The notes below the pieces were generated by a model that saw only the letters and a program-made list of their open reading frames with translations, had not been told where the DNA came from and searched no databases. From Azolla caroliniana (Eukaryota; Plantae; Polypodiophyta), in NCBI GenBank assembly GCA_043228905.1, contig JBHGNT010000015.1:2418001-2482000 (forward strand): DNA of 64,000 nt, read 5' to 3'. Both the position numbers and the translations under genes were made by a program. Each line of letters starts with the position of its first letter. Position 1 is the stretch's first letter. Shown here one piece after another: positions 38,604-53,439 of the stretch.

Positions 38604-41600
38604 TTATGTTGGTCTCTGATCTAGTAAAGGCAAATAGCTAGTTCGCCAGTCATTGGCCTGCCTAACTGTGAGAAGGTATGTATGAGCCAGCCTTAATGCC
38701 CATATCAAGAGTGAAAGCACAATCATCCCAAATAGCAAAATGGCACTTATCCGGACATTATGTTGCAACCATGACTGCACCCCACTATCGCCAGTACACA
38801 TGGAGCCTTCCTCATCTAAACCACTGAAAAGTGTACGATCCGAGCAATCAAGCCGAGCTCCACAAGCCGAATTATATGACATACATGCTGAATGGCATAC
38901 CCGCAGACGGTTGTCTCCATCCTGGTCACACCTCTGTATTGATATCTGATACCATCAGGAAAACAATTGGTCAGCAAGCAAACAAACTCAAGATAGGCAA
39001 AAATTCGATGAGCCAAAGAAATAAGCAAAACTTTCGGATGGAAAGCTAACCCAGCATGCAAGTTGTTTGGCAGTTTTGGCACAGTTTCCATTATCTAGAA
39101 ATCTCCAGAGACTTCTTGCATCAGGTAGAAGTCGGTTAAAATTAGGTACAACTACCGCAGCTTCTAATTGCTGCAAAATACTTGGTTCACTAGGAGCACA
39201 ATGCTGACCTCCTTGACCTTTTACTAGTACATCACTGCACATCGACAAGCTTGATAATAATGCACTATTGTTTTGACATGTGTAGCCAGCATAGTCTGAA
39301 CATCGGAACTCACAAACCCCATTGTCACACACACCACCATGCAAGCTGCATTGTTCATCGCATACAGCTGCCCAGAATTTCATCATATTTATCAGTTATA
39401 ATGCATAGCAAGAAAGCAAGCAAAAAACTATTTTTTCGTTCTTCAAAATCCATGTAGAGGAGGTTTGGTCTCATGGTTTTGGGTCATTGCCTTCTATGCC
39501 ACAGGTCAGGAGTTCAATTTAGACTCACTGTCTCGGTTATCATATACCATAAACGACAACCAAGCCGTAATTAAGCAGAAAAATAACATTTCGATATTAA
39601 ACCGCCATATTTTTACCAGTTGAGCAGTCAACCCCAGTATAGCCACTTTCACATTCACAGCTGCCTCTTGATGTACAAAGTCCATGTCTGCTACAGTCTC
39701 CTGGGCATTTTCCTGAACAAAATGCAATGGAAATCTGAATTAAGCAACAGTCCTATATCTACAATAATATTATTGTAAGATGAAATGTGCAAGGTTTGCT
39801 CACGTATTCCGCAGTCCTTGCCACTAAATCCATATAAACACTTGCATACACCATCGACACATTCCCCATTTAGATTACATCCATTCAAACATTGGCCTGG
39901 CATCACTAGCTCAGCCTCACCACAAAGCTCCTTGTAAGTTGGACAAACCAGTTCCCCTGAATCAACAAAATTAATACTGCATTCAAGCGAAACTTGACTC
40001 TTCTGGAAGATTAAAAGAGGAAAGCCCTTGAAATATCAACATACCATTAAAGCCAGGAAACTGGATTGGACCACCTTTCACCGGGCATGTAATCCAAAGC
40101 CCATCAACAGAAACCTGAAGCTCGATAAAAAAAGATGTCCCTCTTTCAATAGAAAGAAAAACTTTATGACAATAATCTTGTGATTTAAATGTAGGAACAA
40201 ACCTCAAGTGTTCTATTATGGCATCTATGCTGATAACACCCACTTCCTTGAGTCAAAGCCCCACGGACAAATCCTTTTCTTATCAAAGAAGAAGACATGC
40301 ATCTGCATGAAATCAAGGGAGCGGAGCTTGTTCACTTACTAAATGAATCCAAACACTTCACTTACTGGTGAAATGCCAACCTGCAAAAAAAAAGCAAAAT
40401 TTACCTTGACTCTGAACCCCGAACCTCCCCTAGCATTTGATCAGGTGCACGGGCACCATTCAGGTCTGTGCACGATCCATCTGAATATGCAACATAATAT
40501 GCACAGTAGTCTGCTAGTGACGACTGTCCACCTATTCAAATTAAAACATTGCCAAATGTTTCCATATCTCTCTTTGTCCGTCTCTCCTACACAGAATACA
40601 GGTTTCTGTCATACCATTTCCAAGACCTTGCATGTCATACAGAGGCACACACCAAATGATGATGAGAAAAAGAACTGTATAGGATTATCACAATAGATAA
40701 CCTACGCACACTCTGCGGACTGAGACAAAACATGTTTCCTATCCTGCCAACATTGATTCAACCCAGACAGAGAACCAGTATTATTCATACCAGTGTTCTA
40801 TTTGCGACACATTGAGAACAAAAGGGGAAACTTGACATTATTATGAAACCCAGATTACAACCATAGAAAAGAGAATGGCCTTGAAGGGATTGGAGATGAG
40901 ATTGTGGTAACAATCTCTAAGGAGAATCAAGCATGGGTATGCAAGCTAATCCAGTGCAAAGGTAACATAGGCATCTAAAACCGATAGAACATAAAAGCCT
41001 AAAAATACATCACCATGAGCATGATTGTATATATAGTACATTACCTTGACCAGAACTATACATATCACTCTATATGTGTGAGGTGTGTTTTGTGACAATC
41101 ACTCTATACACATAACGTGTGTGACTATACATATGCACGTAAATATATGATTACATACATATAGATAGGTTGATATAAAAAAAATGTTTTAACAGGAATC
41201 TTCTGAATTTCATATACTTCCTAGGTTATTTATTCAGAAAGTATGCACTTACCTTTGTTTGACTCAGGAAAGTATTGCGCCCACTCTGGAAGTTCATCGG
41301 GGTATCTTACGATAGGACAGTATCCCTCTGCTTCTCGATTGTAAGTACATCCAGAAGAATGTGTAGAATTACAATGATAAGAACCCTTCCACAGATTGCA
41401 AGGATTAGTCACAAATTCTACACCCTGGTTTTTACCCCAATCAAGCTGCTCTGCCATGCTCATATTTGCACGATACCATCCGCTGTCTTCTAGTAAGGCA
41501 AGTGTCATTGGTGATACAACAGACCGTGTATCCACAGATCCAGTCATAATTTCATTCATTAGAAGTCTCTTCTCCCAATGAGACCCTGTTCCATTCATTT

Positions 41601-44266
41601 TCATGCATGTTTCAGAACTAAATCACTCAAAGCTTTTCCAAAAAATCTTCTTTTTATATGTGTATGCTTCAGAAATTTGGGACTTCATAACATAACCTGC
41701 TGTACCCCTTCCTCCACCATCCTCTAATTCAAGACCCGAAAAGTCCTTCGAGTATGCCTGGAAATCAGGACAGAAAAGATAGTTACACCCAAAATTCTAC
41801 AACAGTGTAAAGAACAAAACACTCTTACAATTCATCCATTACTTCACAACATTAAGATAAAATGCACTTATCCCTAACTCTCTTCGGCATCTTTATATGG
41901 TTTGGTCCATTATACATCGGTGAAATTTTTAAAACAAGGTTTATTATACCCCATAATGTTTTCTTGCATGCATCATTACTCGTGGAAGTGTGACCCTTCT
42001 TACTGATCTTCCGAGTTTCGAGTCAAAAGACTGCACAAGCACCTATACAGAACGAACTTCAGTACCACATAATAAAAATCAAAACATTCTTTAGGGAAAA
42101 AACTGTAGGGTATAAAAATATAAACCTCATTTCGTCTCCGTTTCCGCTCATCACGGAAATGTGTAAATGCATGTGGATCAAATCCCAAGACATGCATGAC
42201 CTGTGAAGGAAATGCCAACTTAGTTTCATTATATACCAATCACTAGTACAATGGTACTTGGCACATATATATTAACGATAAAAACTGGACTATCATATTG
42301 AATAGACTAAATTCTTTACTAAACACCTCATGAATAAGTGTAGCTAGCAACAGAGTCTCAGCTTCTGCAGTCAAATGGCGAGGGGCTACATTGACATGTC
42401 CTAGAACAGCAGAAAATCCATCAAAATATAGTGATTTTTGGAGCACAATAAACTACCTAACCTCTTATTTTACAAGAAATATGATTATTAGCATTAGGGA
42501 AAGAAACTGCTTATTTCACCTGCAATCGCTCGCCCCCACTGGTCTCTCTCACATGCTACTGCCCATGCAAGTGTATTTCCAGTTGTAGGTCTTGTTGTAA
42601 CCAAAAGAACAAGGTCTGCATTCTCAATTCCATCTACATCACAAACAATATCACTTTGAATCTTGGTCTTTCTGTACTTTGTCTTTGTTTTAACAAACAT
42701 CGGCATAGGTGTTGCATAATAAAGATTGTGACACATGAGCACTCACAAACAGGAAAAGCTTGAATTTAAAATGCCAGTTGACTCACCATCCACATATAGA
42801 CGAGGTAGTTGCACACCTCCATCTTGACCACAAGCTGAATACCCACTAAGTCTCAATCGGCCCTTTACAGGCTCTACTGCCAATGCCCTCTTGAACCAAG
42901 ATGCTGTTTCACCCAGCGCCTGTAGTGATCAAACGCCGTTAATACATCCCTTGTGCCCCTTGCAATATTATTTCTCCAATCGAGAAGAAAACAACATACG
43001 CAATTGCACTTTGAAAGAAAATGTGTAGTATTGATGGGGAGTTCTTCAAATTTCTACCTCATGAAGCCGTTTCTTTTTATCATTTCCTGATATGTCTTCT
43101 GCTGTGCAATTATACCAGCAATCACCGTAGACAGGGGAATCTCCATGGGCATGACATACAGGAAAGCCACTTTCAACATGAAGGGCTGGTTCTCCTAGCT
43201 GGAATTTCAGAAAACCAAGTGAGCTTAAGCAATCCTATTTAACTAGAATATAGATCCTGAGCATACAGAAGTACTCACTTTTACTATCTGTCCAGGAGCA
43301 TGGCAATCTCTATCTGGAGATAGTCCCACAGCATCATAATTCAAGTAGATCCTAATTGGTTGTCTTGTGTCCTCCTCTTCAGACAACGCTAATAATGCTC
43401 TTCCTTTTCTATTGTCTTCATAAATTTGTGGTGAGATGGAGTAGTGCCGTTTGGCAGAAATCACATCATGTATACAAGAATGAGATGTAGGAGCTTTATC
43501 CTCCTTAGCTATCACGGAATGATAATGACGGTGTTTATTAATGACATGAGAATCGCATCCTATGGCAGCAATGCAACAACAGAGGGAAAAGAGAAAGACC
43601 TGTGATAATGGCCATATCAATCAATATATAAACTACAGATTCGTTGACATAAGCATGGCCCATGTTATCAATATAGCAAAAATTTCTCAGCATACACCAC
43701 ATACATTCACTAGAAGAAGCATATCCCATTTCAATCAATAAAGCACACATTCCTCACCGCAATTATAACCCATGTCAATCAATCTACAGTACGTTCCTGA
43801 ACATAAACAGGAACTAATCAATCAATCTACATCATATTCCTCAGCATACACAGTCCTCAACAATCACATTTCGCCCCATAGACGTTCTCTATATCAATCA
43901 ATGTCCTCCACCCCATTAACATTCTAGATATTGATCAATGTAGCATACATTCTCCACCATACAAAAAATATTCCACCACAAAACATTCCTCAGTATAATT
44001 CCATGGAATCAAACTCCTGAGCACAATACACATAAACCACAACAATCAAATTCCTGAGCATAGGCATGCCCCATGTCAATTCCATCTATCACAATTCCAG
44101 AGCATAACCATAGCCCACTAACAATCACATTCCTCCAAATAATACCAATAGCATTCCTCAGCATAAAGCATAAACTAGTCCAGAGGTATATAAGCAGACA
44201 TACCCGGATGAAATTTTGTTCTCCGTTCATTCCCCAAACACGAAAAATGCAGGTGGTTATATCCAT
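38604..44266 (-). CDS. Leishmanolysin-like (peptidase M8) zinc metalloprotease with EGF-like Cys-rich repeats and a C-terminal TM helix
   Basis: Multi-exon gene: MDITTCIFR..(44266-44204; start inferred), SCIHD, PIRIYLNYDAVG, AWAVACERDQWGRAIAG, LIHE/VMHVLGF (HExxH split by an intron), GSHWEKRLLMNEIMTGS, LALLEDSGWY, GQSSLADYC, EGF-like repeats, hydrophobic tail, stop at 38604. Confidence 0.93.
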
Positions 44267-44920
44267 GGTAGTTATCACATAAAATACTTGGACAGGATCT
44301 GCACTGACGAATCTACAGTTGAGCTCATGTGAAATTTTCTTGGACTTAAGCTCGGAATAAGGCAATGTGCGGAAGGAAAATGTTCAGGAAAGCCCCAGAA
44401 GAATGTTTCTTCTCTGAGAATACCCATTGTTCATGGGTTCAAATACAGAGCTTAATTAAGTAAGAAAAAAAGGGAGGATATACATACATACATACATACA
44501 TATGATATACCGTAAGAGAGAGAAACAGATGGAATGGTGCTGTGAGGGAGAGGTACAGAAAGCTGTGAGCAAACCACCAGAAGAGGAATAACAAAGTCTA
44601 TCTTTCTTCTCTAAACTGCAAAAATTAAGCTTAGAAGTGAGAGAAAGACTCTCCCTTTTTTGTGGGTTGCGGAGAGATGAAGAGGAGCTTAGGATTGTCG
44701 AGGAAGAAATTGTAGCTATAGGTTAAAGGAATGAATGATTATATCATGTGTTTACGTTTAGCGTTTAGGAAGCTAAAAAGAGAGAGAGAAATGCGGAACT
44801 GCATTTCTCAGATAAATAATGAAGGGAAGAAGGCTAACAAAAACACTGTTCAAAAAAAACAATTTTGGGGGGAGGGGGGAGGAGAAACAAAAACCCTAAA
44901 AAATGTGTGACAGATCTGTA

Positions 44921-45262
44921 AACAGATGAAGAGAGGGAGAATGTGGATCAAAAAGCAGGTCTAGAAACGCCATAGCCATATGGAACTGAAGAAGAAGAAG
45001 AAGAAGAACAGATGAAGAGAGGGAGAATGTGGATCAAAAAGCAGGTCTAGAAACGCCATAGCCATTTGGACTGGAAGAAGAAGAAGAAGATGATGATGAT
45101 GATGATGATGATGCCCACAGTGCACACTCGATCAGTCTCTCTGTGTGAGTGTGAGTGTGAGTAAGTGAATCTGTACAGAACAGATGACAAAAACAAAACA
45201 AAAAAAATAAGAGCGCTCTTTCTGAACTCTTCTCTTCTCTGTCTCTGTCTCTGTGTCTCTGT

Positions 45263-45312
<50 letters not shown>

Positions 45313-45335
45313 CACAGTCTGTGCTCTGTTCCCTC

Positions 45336-45370
<35 letters not shown>

Positions 45371-45393
45371 CACAGTCTGTGCTCTGTTCCCTC

Positions 45394-45437
<44 letters not shown>

Positions 45438-46005
45438 CTCCTCTCCTCTCAGTTCTATCTCTCTCTCATTCTCTCTCTTCCTCTGATTGGACCTCCCCTG
45501 CCACTCCCTCCCTCTCTAAGACTTCCCTCCCTTCCCCTGCTCTTCTCTCTCTTCTCTCTCTTCTCTCTCTTCTCTCTCCTCTGTCTCTCTCTCTCTTCTC
45601 TGTCTCTCTCTCTCTTCTCTGTCTCTGACCTCCCCTGCTCCTCCTTCAAACCCTACTCCTTTTTCCCTCTCCTTTTATTCTCCATTTTTATTTTTTAATA
45701 TTTTTCCTTCCCTTGGATTGAGCTGCTTCTTCTTCTTCTCCTCCTCCTTCATTTATGCTGTTAGGTATGTATGTATGTATGTATGTATGTATGTGTATGT
45801 GTATGTGCATGTATGTATGTGCATGTGCATGTGCATGTGTATGTGCATGTGTATGTGTATGTGTATGTGTATGTGCATGTGCATGTGCATGTGTATGTGT
45901 ATGTGTATGTGTATGCCCTTGGATTGAGCTGCTTCTTCTTCTTCTCCTCCTCCTTCATTTATGCTGTTAGGTATGTATGTATGTATGTATGTATGTGTAT
46001 GTGCC
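44921..46005. repeat. Microsatellite cluster ((GAA)n, (GAT)n, (CT)n, (ATGT)n, (ATGTGY)n) with three local duplications
   Basis: Duplicated blocks at 44921/45007, 45308/45366 and 45711/45917. Confidence 0.9.
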
Positions 46006-46899
46006 AATAGAGCGCAAAACCGCACTTGCCCAATGTAGTAGAAATCGGAGCTTCTTTCAAGAGGCCCGCACCCTTGGCTAGAGAGCTATGTGGATCCTCT
46101 CTTGTAGAATATCTCGATGCGTTGAACCATTGCACGACCAGCACACGCAAATGGCAATATAGATTTTGCTCTTAGAGAAATCGGTCTATAGGACCAACTT
46201 TAAACGCCCAACACCATGCCAGGGATCAATTTTGCATGCAAGAACCTTGTCGCGTTTATTGGTTTGTGGAACCTCGCCCATCCCATTAACTCACGATGCT
46301 TGAGCTTGTAAGAAGAAATGAATGTCGGAAGTCTCCCTTTTTCCATGTGATTAGAAAAATGCCCGAAACTCATCCTAACATATTGAGGAATGATAATGTT
46401 GAGCTTTTTTTTTTTAGGGAAACTCAAAAATATCTGAACTTTTGTGTACATAGGCATATAAGAAGCCCTATGCTCACTAGGCACACCCATTTTCTTGTTT
46501 TCTTCCCGTTTGGTAAAATATTCGATTCAATTCACCATTAGCCTCCCTGTTGATTATTCCGCCTCAATTCGCATGCTTCCGATACAATGCGTCAGTATCC
46601 ACTCCTTGTAACTTTTGGAATATCTTTCACCTCTTGTGAACATGGTCCAATTCAGATCTTTTTATTCCCTTGGGACAATTTACCAAGCAAGTCTAACATG
46701 TAGACATTGTTTACTTATTTCCCAATGTTCAGCACTTCCTTTTTTATTTATGGGTGGATCAAATATACAAATGATCATTGATATGCCTAGGTATGTTGTC
46801 CTATTGCTCACTTGCTTGGTGTGCACATCCCTTTGTTTGTGGTAATGCAACCTGTTATTGAAATTCAACCATATGTTCATCAGACCTAAGATCTGGGGG

Positions 46900-49800
46900 C
46901 ATAAAGCCTATCCATCTTGACGTAGCAATGTCCCTACTTTCTTTCCTTTTCAACCAAACCAAACATGCAATAAGCATTTCAACAACTCACACATCCCATC
47001 CATGATTCTTTTTCTTTTGTCATTCATAACCTTGAAGTACACTGCAAAGTCGTATCCATATATTTTATAAATTGTGTCGAGATTTTGCTTATGGGTGCGA
47101 TTATCGAGCTGCTTCACATTACTACTTTAAACAAGCCTCTCGTTTCGTGTCGATTGGGGAAAACAATTGTCCGCATTTGTGTACCGTTTTTTTTCTTATT
47201 ATCCACGAAGCTAGCCCTCTCCCATTTCACTAGAATCCACGCTAATTTTCAACAACTTCTCACATGGATTCTCTCTCATATTTCAATGAAACATTATTTT
47301 TTTCATTAAAGTCTCATGTAAAAGCACTCTTATGAGGAGGGTAAAACTAGCTCACATTTGCTTCCTCTACTTTCAACTATGAGAAATGCATCGAATTTTA
47401 TGGTACTTTTTACTTTGACCCTTTTAAGCTTTGTTTTTCCCAATAAGCATTTACTCTCGGGCAAGTGATAAGCTCGCCAAAGAATTGGTGGGCCACTAAC
47501 TCGGGTATACAATTAAAAAAAAGGGTTCTTTAATACCGACAATGGTATATGTTATAAAAATCAAGACATCCACATTTGTTTCTTAGCGTGAAAGTTCGAA
47601 CCAATAATGTGCAACCATCAAGGAATTGAATCCTACGTAAAAGATTGGTTCGATAACGAGCAAACCATCTAGGAATTGTGTAGTGTGTCCTTGAATTGAC
47701 GAAATGTTTGGGTCTCCTACTCATGACGTTCTATTTATCGTGCATACACTTTATGTCAGTGATGAGAATGTTGCTTGATGTTAGGGTTCATATAGATGGA
47801 TACCACGAGAAGTACAACATTGTTGGAGTAAAAGCCCGATTTATAACGTTGGATGTTTTCTTATTATTATGTGGAATAGTTCATCCCATCATTCATTTGC
47901 TTAAAGAAAAGTTAGGTGCAAAAAACAAGTTTGTAACTCATTGATAGCGACTTAATTGTTTATTTCTTATTACCAAACAATATAGTTACCATGAACTATA
48001 TGCCAAAGAAGACACTTTCATTGTGGATGACAATGCCTATTAACAATTCATGTAAACACACATCACATTACGCATAAAAGGCCAGTACTTGAGGAACAAT
48101 GAAGGGTAGCATAATTTTGCGCCACAAATTGTGTCCACTACTTCGGACAATTGTTTGTGGACTTGAGTTACTATAGCACCGTATTCTTTGCAGTTAGCGT
48201 TGTATTGTATGTGACACATCCTTAAAAGGAATTAAAACTTGGAAACACATGCACATGCTCGATCTACAAGAAGATGTGCAAGCTCTCTTCGAGACTTTCT
48301 GCATTAAGCTTTGCTAGATGCGAATATATTTGAAAGCCACCTCGTATGCAGACATGCACATGTTTGATTCATTTATACTTTGTTTGTAATGTTTTATAAG
48401 ATTGATTTAAATTCCTTTTCGGAAGTGTGTATATGCATATTCGTTTTATTTATAATTTGTTCATGACGTTTCATAACATTGTTTCACAAACCCTTCTGAA
48501 GCATTTCGTGAGCATCGCATGTCTGTTGTTTTAAAATGTTGTTCGGCCATTTCTTTTGACACGTGTTCCTCCTTTTCCCCCTTTGCTTTATATTCATGCA
48601 AAAGAATACACAAATCAATATGTTTTTTTTCAGTCGATACAATAGAGAAATTTCGGGTTTGTTTGCAACTTAACTAATCATAAACAAAGTAGCTAGATAG
48701 GTGGCGACTTTATAAATGCGAGGTGAATATTTCCTTCCTTGATGACTGTAATCTGAGAGGGAAATCGGAGTGGATCATTGCTTGCAAAAGTTTTGATGAC
48801 CTTTACGTGCATGTTATATAAGTGCATATTTATATGTAGGCAAAGCTATAAGAGTATGCTCGACATAACGAGCATACTTTACTTACAATCTTTTTACACA
48901 AAGGTTATTAACCAATCGCGTGTATTCATCAATACTTTACATATTCAATGTGTAGAATGCTTTGAAGGTGAAAGGTGTGTGGCCTACACTAGAGCTTCAT
49001 AAAATCGAAAGGTCAAAATACTTTGGACGAACTCGCCCAAACATAAATTCATGTAATCTTTTTTGTTTTACAAATTTTAGAAGTTTAGTTTTGGCTTAAT
49101 AAATTTCAAACATTCTTTTTGTATGGATTCCCCAATTAACGAAGAATGGATATGTTAACTTAAATGCCAATACACTTTGAAGCAAAGAGTTGTTTGTTTA
49201 TATGGGCTTGATGACCAAAAGACATCAATTGGTTTTAGGACATCATCAAGTGCCACAAACCCAAGGCTTTATCATTGCATTTCAGCTTTGCTCATAATCC
49301 AACTATTAAAATACAACAATAGATTAGGTCACATCTTCATCTTTCACATAATCTTTAATGTTTCGCATTAAAAATCTATACAAATTGGGTAGCAAAGATG
49401 AACTTTATTCTTGTTTTCAAATGCGTAGATGGTGGTTGTGCTCTATATTTATTAATACATGCATGATGATGATGCACATTTCTTTTAGGCCATTTCTGGA
49501 TTTCTTGATATTTCATGTTTAGACAAGCAAAGTAACCTCGGCTCACCAACTTTGCCACCTCTTCCTCACATGGCTATAAAGTTGTACGTATGTATTCATG
49601 TTAAGTTCATGTTAAGGAATTTGGTCAAAGTTAGAGAGAAAGAGAGGGCCCAACCAAACACATATCATGCTATCTTATAGTAGAAAATAGTTTGGTTTAT
49701 GACATAATTAAAACAAAAGGTTTATTATATTGCTTATGTTGGACGATAAAGTGGCAATACCTTGTTGCATTCAACATACTTTTCGAGTTGTAGTTTGGTG

Positions 49801-51500
49801 TAACAACCAATTACCCCAATCAAATGTGGGGAAAAAAATCACATTTCTTGTTGTAAGTTGGTCTATCTGGTAGTGAAAATTAAGTTTTTTTGTAAGCAAC
49901 TTGAATCAAAATGAATCAGACACTAATCACAAGCAAATTTTGAAACAAATAAAAAGTCATGGGGTTTCGAAGGATGGATCTTATGCCACCTTTTTTCTCT
50001 TTTCGCTGACAAAATAACAAAGAAAATTCTTGAATGTGATATGTATCTTTTAACATATTCCAATGATGATATGAAGAGTAGCAAATGACTCATTTTCTAT
50101 TGCAAAAGTCTGTAAAAAGGCATGGAGAAAACTTGTTCACATGCAAGCCTCTTCAATTTGTTTGCCTCGTTGATCAAATAAAGCCTATTATAATCAATGT
50201 TATAAGTTATACCATTCCATGTCTCCTAGCCTACATAATAATCATCACTCCTCTCTTTTTATTTGACAAGGTGTGCAATTTAATTCTATGAAATGGGCAT
50301 GTAATATGGAGCTAAAAAGAATCACAAAAGCTATATTATTACTTCCCATTGATAAATTTACAATGCAAAAAAACGCATAACAATAATTTGTGTCCAAAAT
50401 GGGAGAAAAACATTTGCATGGTCTCTCGTCTTGCTCTCTTTGTGCCCACCCCCGTCACAATAATAAAGATGCCGGTCAATATTGATTTTGCTATCATAAT
50501 TGATAGCATATTGTTATCCATTACATTGAGTTATGACACCATCTTTATATCTCTATATCCATGTCCCATCTCCGTGCATTTATTTACATGAAGGCGATGG
50601 AATTGGAAGGCATGGCACACAAATAATCCTTCCATTATAAGTAAAACACAAGATTGGTTTCAAAACAACCTTTTGCATATCAAAGGTCGCCTCTAGATGG
50701 TCACATTGATATGATTCGTGAATGGGAAGGAAGTCGACAACTGTGTTTTCTGGTGCATGTGTCAAAAGACATGCCATGCACTAAAAGTATCCTTATTCTT
50801 TACGTTAAGGTAAAATAACCTTAAAAATGCACTTGCAAGTTAAGAGATGTAAATAAGTAATAAATTAGAAGAAAGCTGAGAAACATGTTCTGTGGTGCTT
50901 AGATCAATAAACATTAGACACCAAAGAATCTTTGCTTTCTACATTAAGGTTAAATAGTCTGATAAGTATAACGATTCAAACAACCTAAGAAACATAGTCC
51001 ATGTTCCTCCACATGCACGTTTGTTTTGGAGCATTTCCATACCATTCATAACCCATAATAAAAGTTTGTGTAAAAGTTATTTATCGATTTAAGGAATCAA
51101 ATGTGTGATAAGATAAGAGAACAAGATGACATGCATCAATCACTCGACATTCACTCATTGAGACCAAAACGTTATGCATGAAAAATATACAAGAATAGCA
51201 TTAGAAAAGACAATATCACGTTTATTTCTTACCATACCTTCCAACGAAAATGAAACACACACATTACACACACGATTTTGCAATGTATACCTATTGCAAG
51301 TAAGATAGTGCAACAAGACAAACTATATGCTCACGAAATAGTGTAGATCCTTTAGAATAAGTCAATGGCATATAGTGTGGATATATTAACCTTTTGGTTA
51401 AGATGTATGATGATGTGGGGAAAAGTGTATGATTAAAGGGTTTTCTTTACATACATGTTGATTTATGCAATTGTTAAATATTCAAATGTGAAGTTCACCC
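46900..51500 (-). mobile_element. Highly decayed CACTA/En-Spm-like transposase relic (tentative)
   Basis: Only scattered motif-like remnants on the - strand (near ~47350, ~48100, ~49170 and ~50550) in the expected order. No TIRs were found and the boundaries are uncertain. Confidence 0.35.
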
Positions 51501-53439
51501 CAATCATATGAAATTTTTATGACCATTAAATGGTGTATAGTTCCAATATTGGATATTGTGGGTGGGTGTGGATATGTTTTCATGATGTTGGCTTAAAGAT
51601 ATAGATAAAGGTAACATATGCACCACATAAGCATAACAACTTTTCCTAGGCCATCTAATTGGGTGAGCTACCTCAACTAGGGAGTGGTATTGACATGCTC
51701 GATTCATGGATATATATGTAATTGTGTAATATTATCCTATATTTACCTCATGTTCTAGTGCCTTTCATGATATAACAAACCTTATATTGTATTTATTGAT
51801 ATTAAGCATCCATGTTGTGGTTATGAAATTTGTACATGTTATATATTTTGTGAGTTTTATCCACACTGATGGACATGTATAACCTCCGTTGTTAATCCAC
51901 AGAATCCTTCCAATTATACCATTAACTTTAAGTGACTTATTCTTTTTTACTTGGATTGCTTTGAAAGTAGAAGACCGCCTTATTATAACTTAACATGAAT
52001 GGTGGATTGTCTTCATTTAGTTTTATCTCTTGTGTTTGTAGTTGACACATGGTGAGAAATAATCCACTAGTTTCATATTCATAGAAACATTACATATGGA
52101 CCAAAGCCAAAAACATCTCATGATGTCATCAATGTTGCATCTTGCATGAACATCATGAAATGATCATTACCTTCATCGTGTGACTTGCATTTGTCAAGCT
52201 CATGATACTACCTAACACAATGCACTTATCACTTGTAATTAATAGCTGTTCTTTGTGCATTCACATCCTAAACTTGTGTTTCTTAACCTACAGAGTTTCA
52301 TGCTTCATTGAGAACTATTGTATTGTTGTGTTATTGTTAATCTTGGCACAAATATTTTCCCTTTAATGTGTACTCGACATAATATAGAAACAAGATAACG
52401 CACGTGAAAGCATGATGTAAAACCCATCACGTGAAAGCAAGATACATCAGAGGATATAATAGGAATGTAATAACCATGTTTAATAATTTCATTCAATTAG
52501 CATAAAAGAAACAATACATTGTATGTGAAAAGGAACAATGTGATGTAACTAATCACTATTAATAGATTCACAAAATTATATTATTGAATCACAATTGCAT
52601 TTGATTGATGACAAGTTCTTCCCAAAGATGAATAGGCTAGAACATTAGGTTAATCGATTGCATTTGCAATTCAATGCATATGGTTGGTTCCCTCTTGGTA
52701 TCACAACATGTGAGACTTAGATTATATTCCATCTTGAGCCTTATTATTTTTCTTTCTCGCAACGAGCAATCTACACATTCCTCTATTACATAATCACATT
52801 GTCTTTGTTGTGGCGCGTTCAAAGGGTAAAAAAACACATTCAAGGCAAGATTTACAAAAATCTTGGAATTATGTGAAAGAATCACCAAAAGAAGTAGAAA
52901 TGGAAAAAAGATCAAGTCAACAACAAAGGGTAGCTTAATGGTAAGTGTTAAGCACCCTTGATAATAAGGGCAAGGGTTTAAAATGAACTTAATGTCTTTG
53001 GAGAGAAGAAAGATGAACTATAACCATACGATGATGAGACAATGTGTGGCAAGGGGGGAAGTGCAAAACGTTGTTGAAGTAATGAGGTGTTCATGAAAGT
53101 ACAAGGGATCACTCATAGTCTGATTTGCAAGTTTTTAGTCACTTGATTTTTGAGCTTTGCTTTGTAGGGAGGTTTTGGATAGGGAAGAATCACAAGGGTT
53201 CATGGGAGGCCAAGACAATGTTATTGATGATCATAAATCGGTTACATCAAATCAACGATAAGATAACCCCCCCAAGCTCTTCTTACCTATTTTCTTTTTA
53301 CCATATGTAAATTACGGGTCCAAAATTGTGTAATTTGTCTCATCTCAAAATAATGTGCAATTTAGGACAAGTCGATTGATCTTCACTTGTAAATTGCACA
53401 ACAAAATTTAGGGTACCTGATGTGAAGCATTGGCTAAGG

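Noticed and set aside
45047-46025. ORFs with ER, LS, CM or HI repeats
   Set aside because: Translations of microsatellites.
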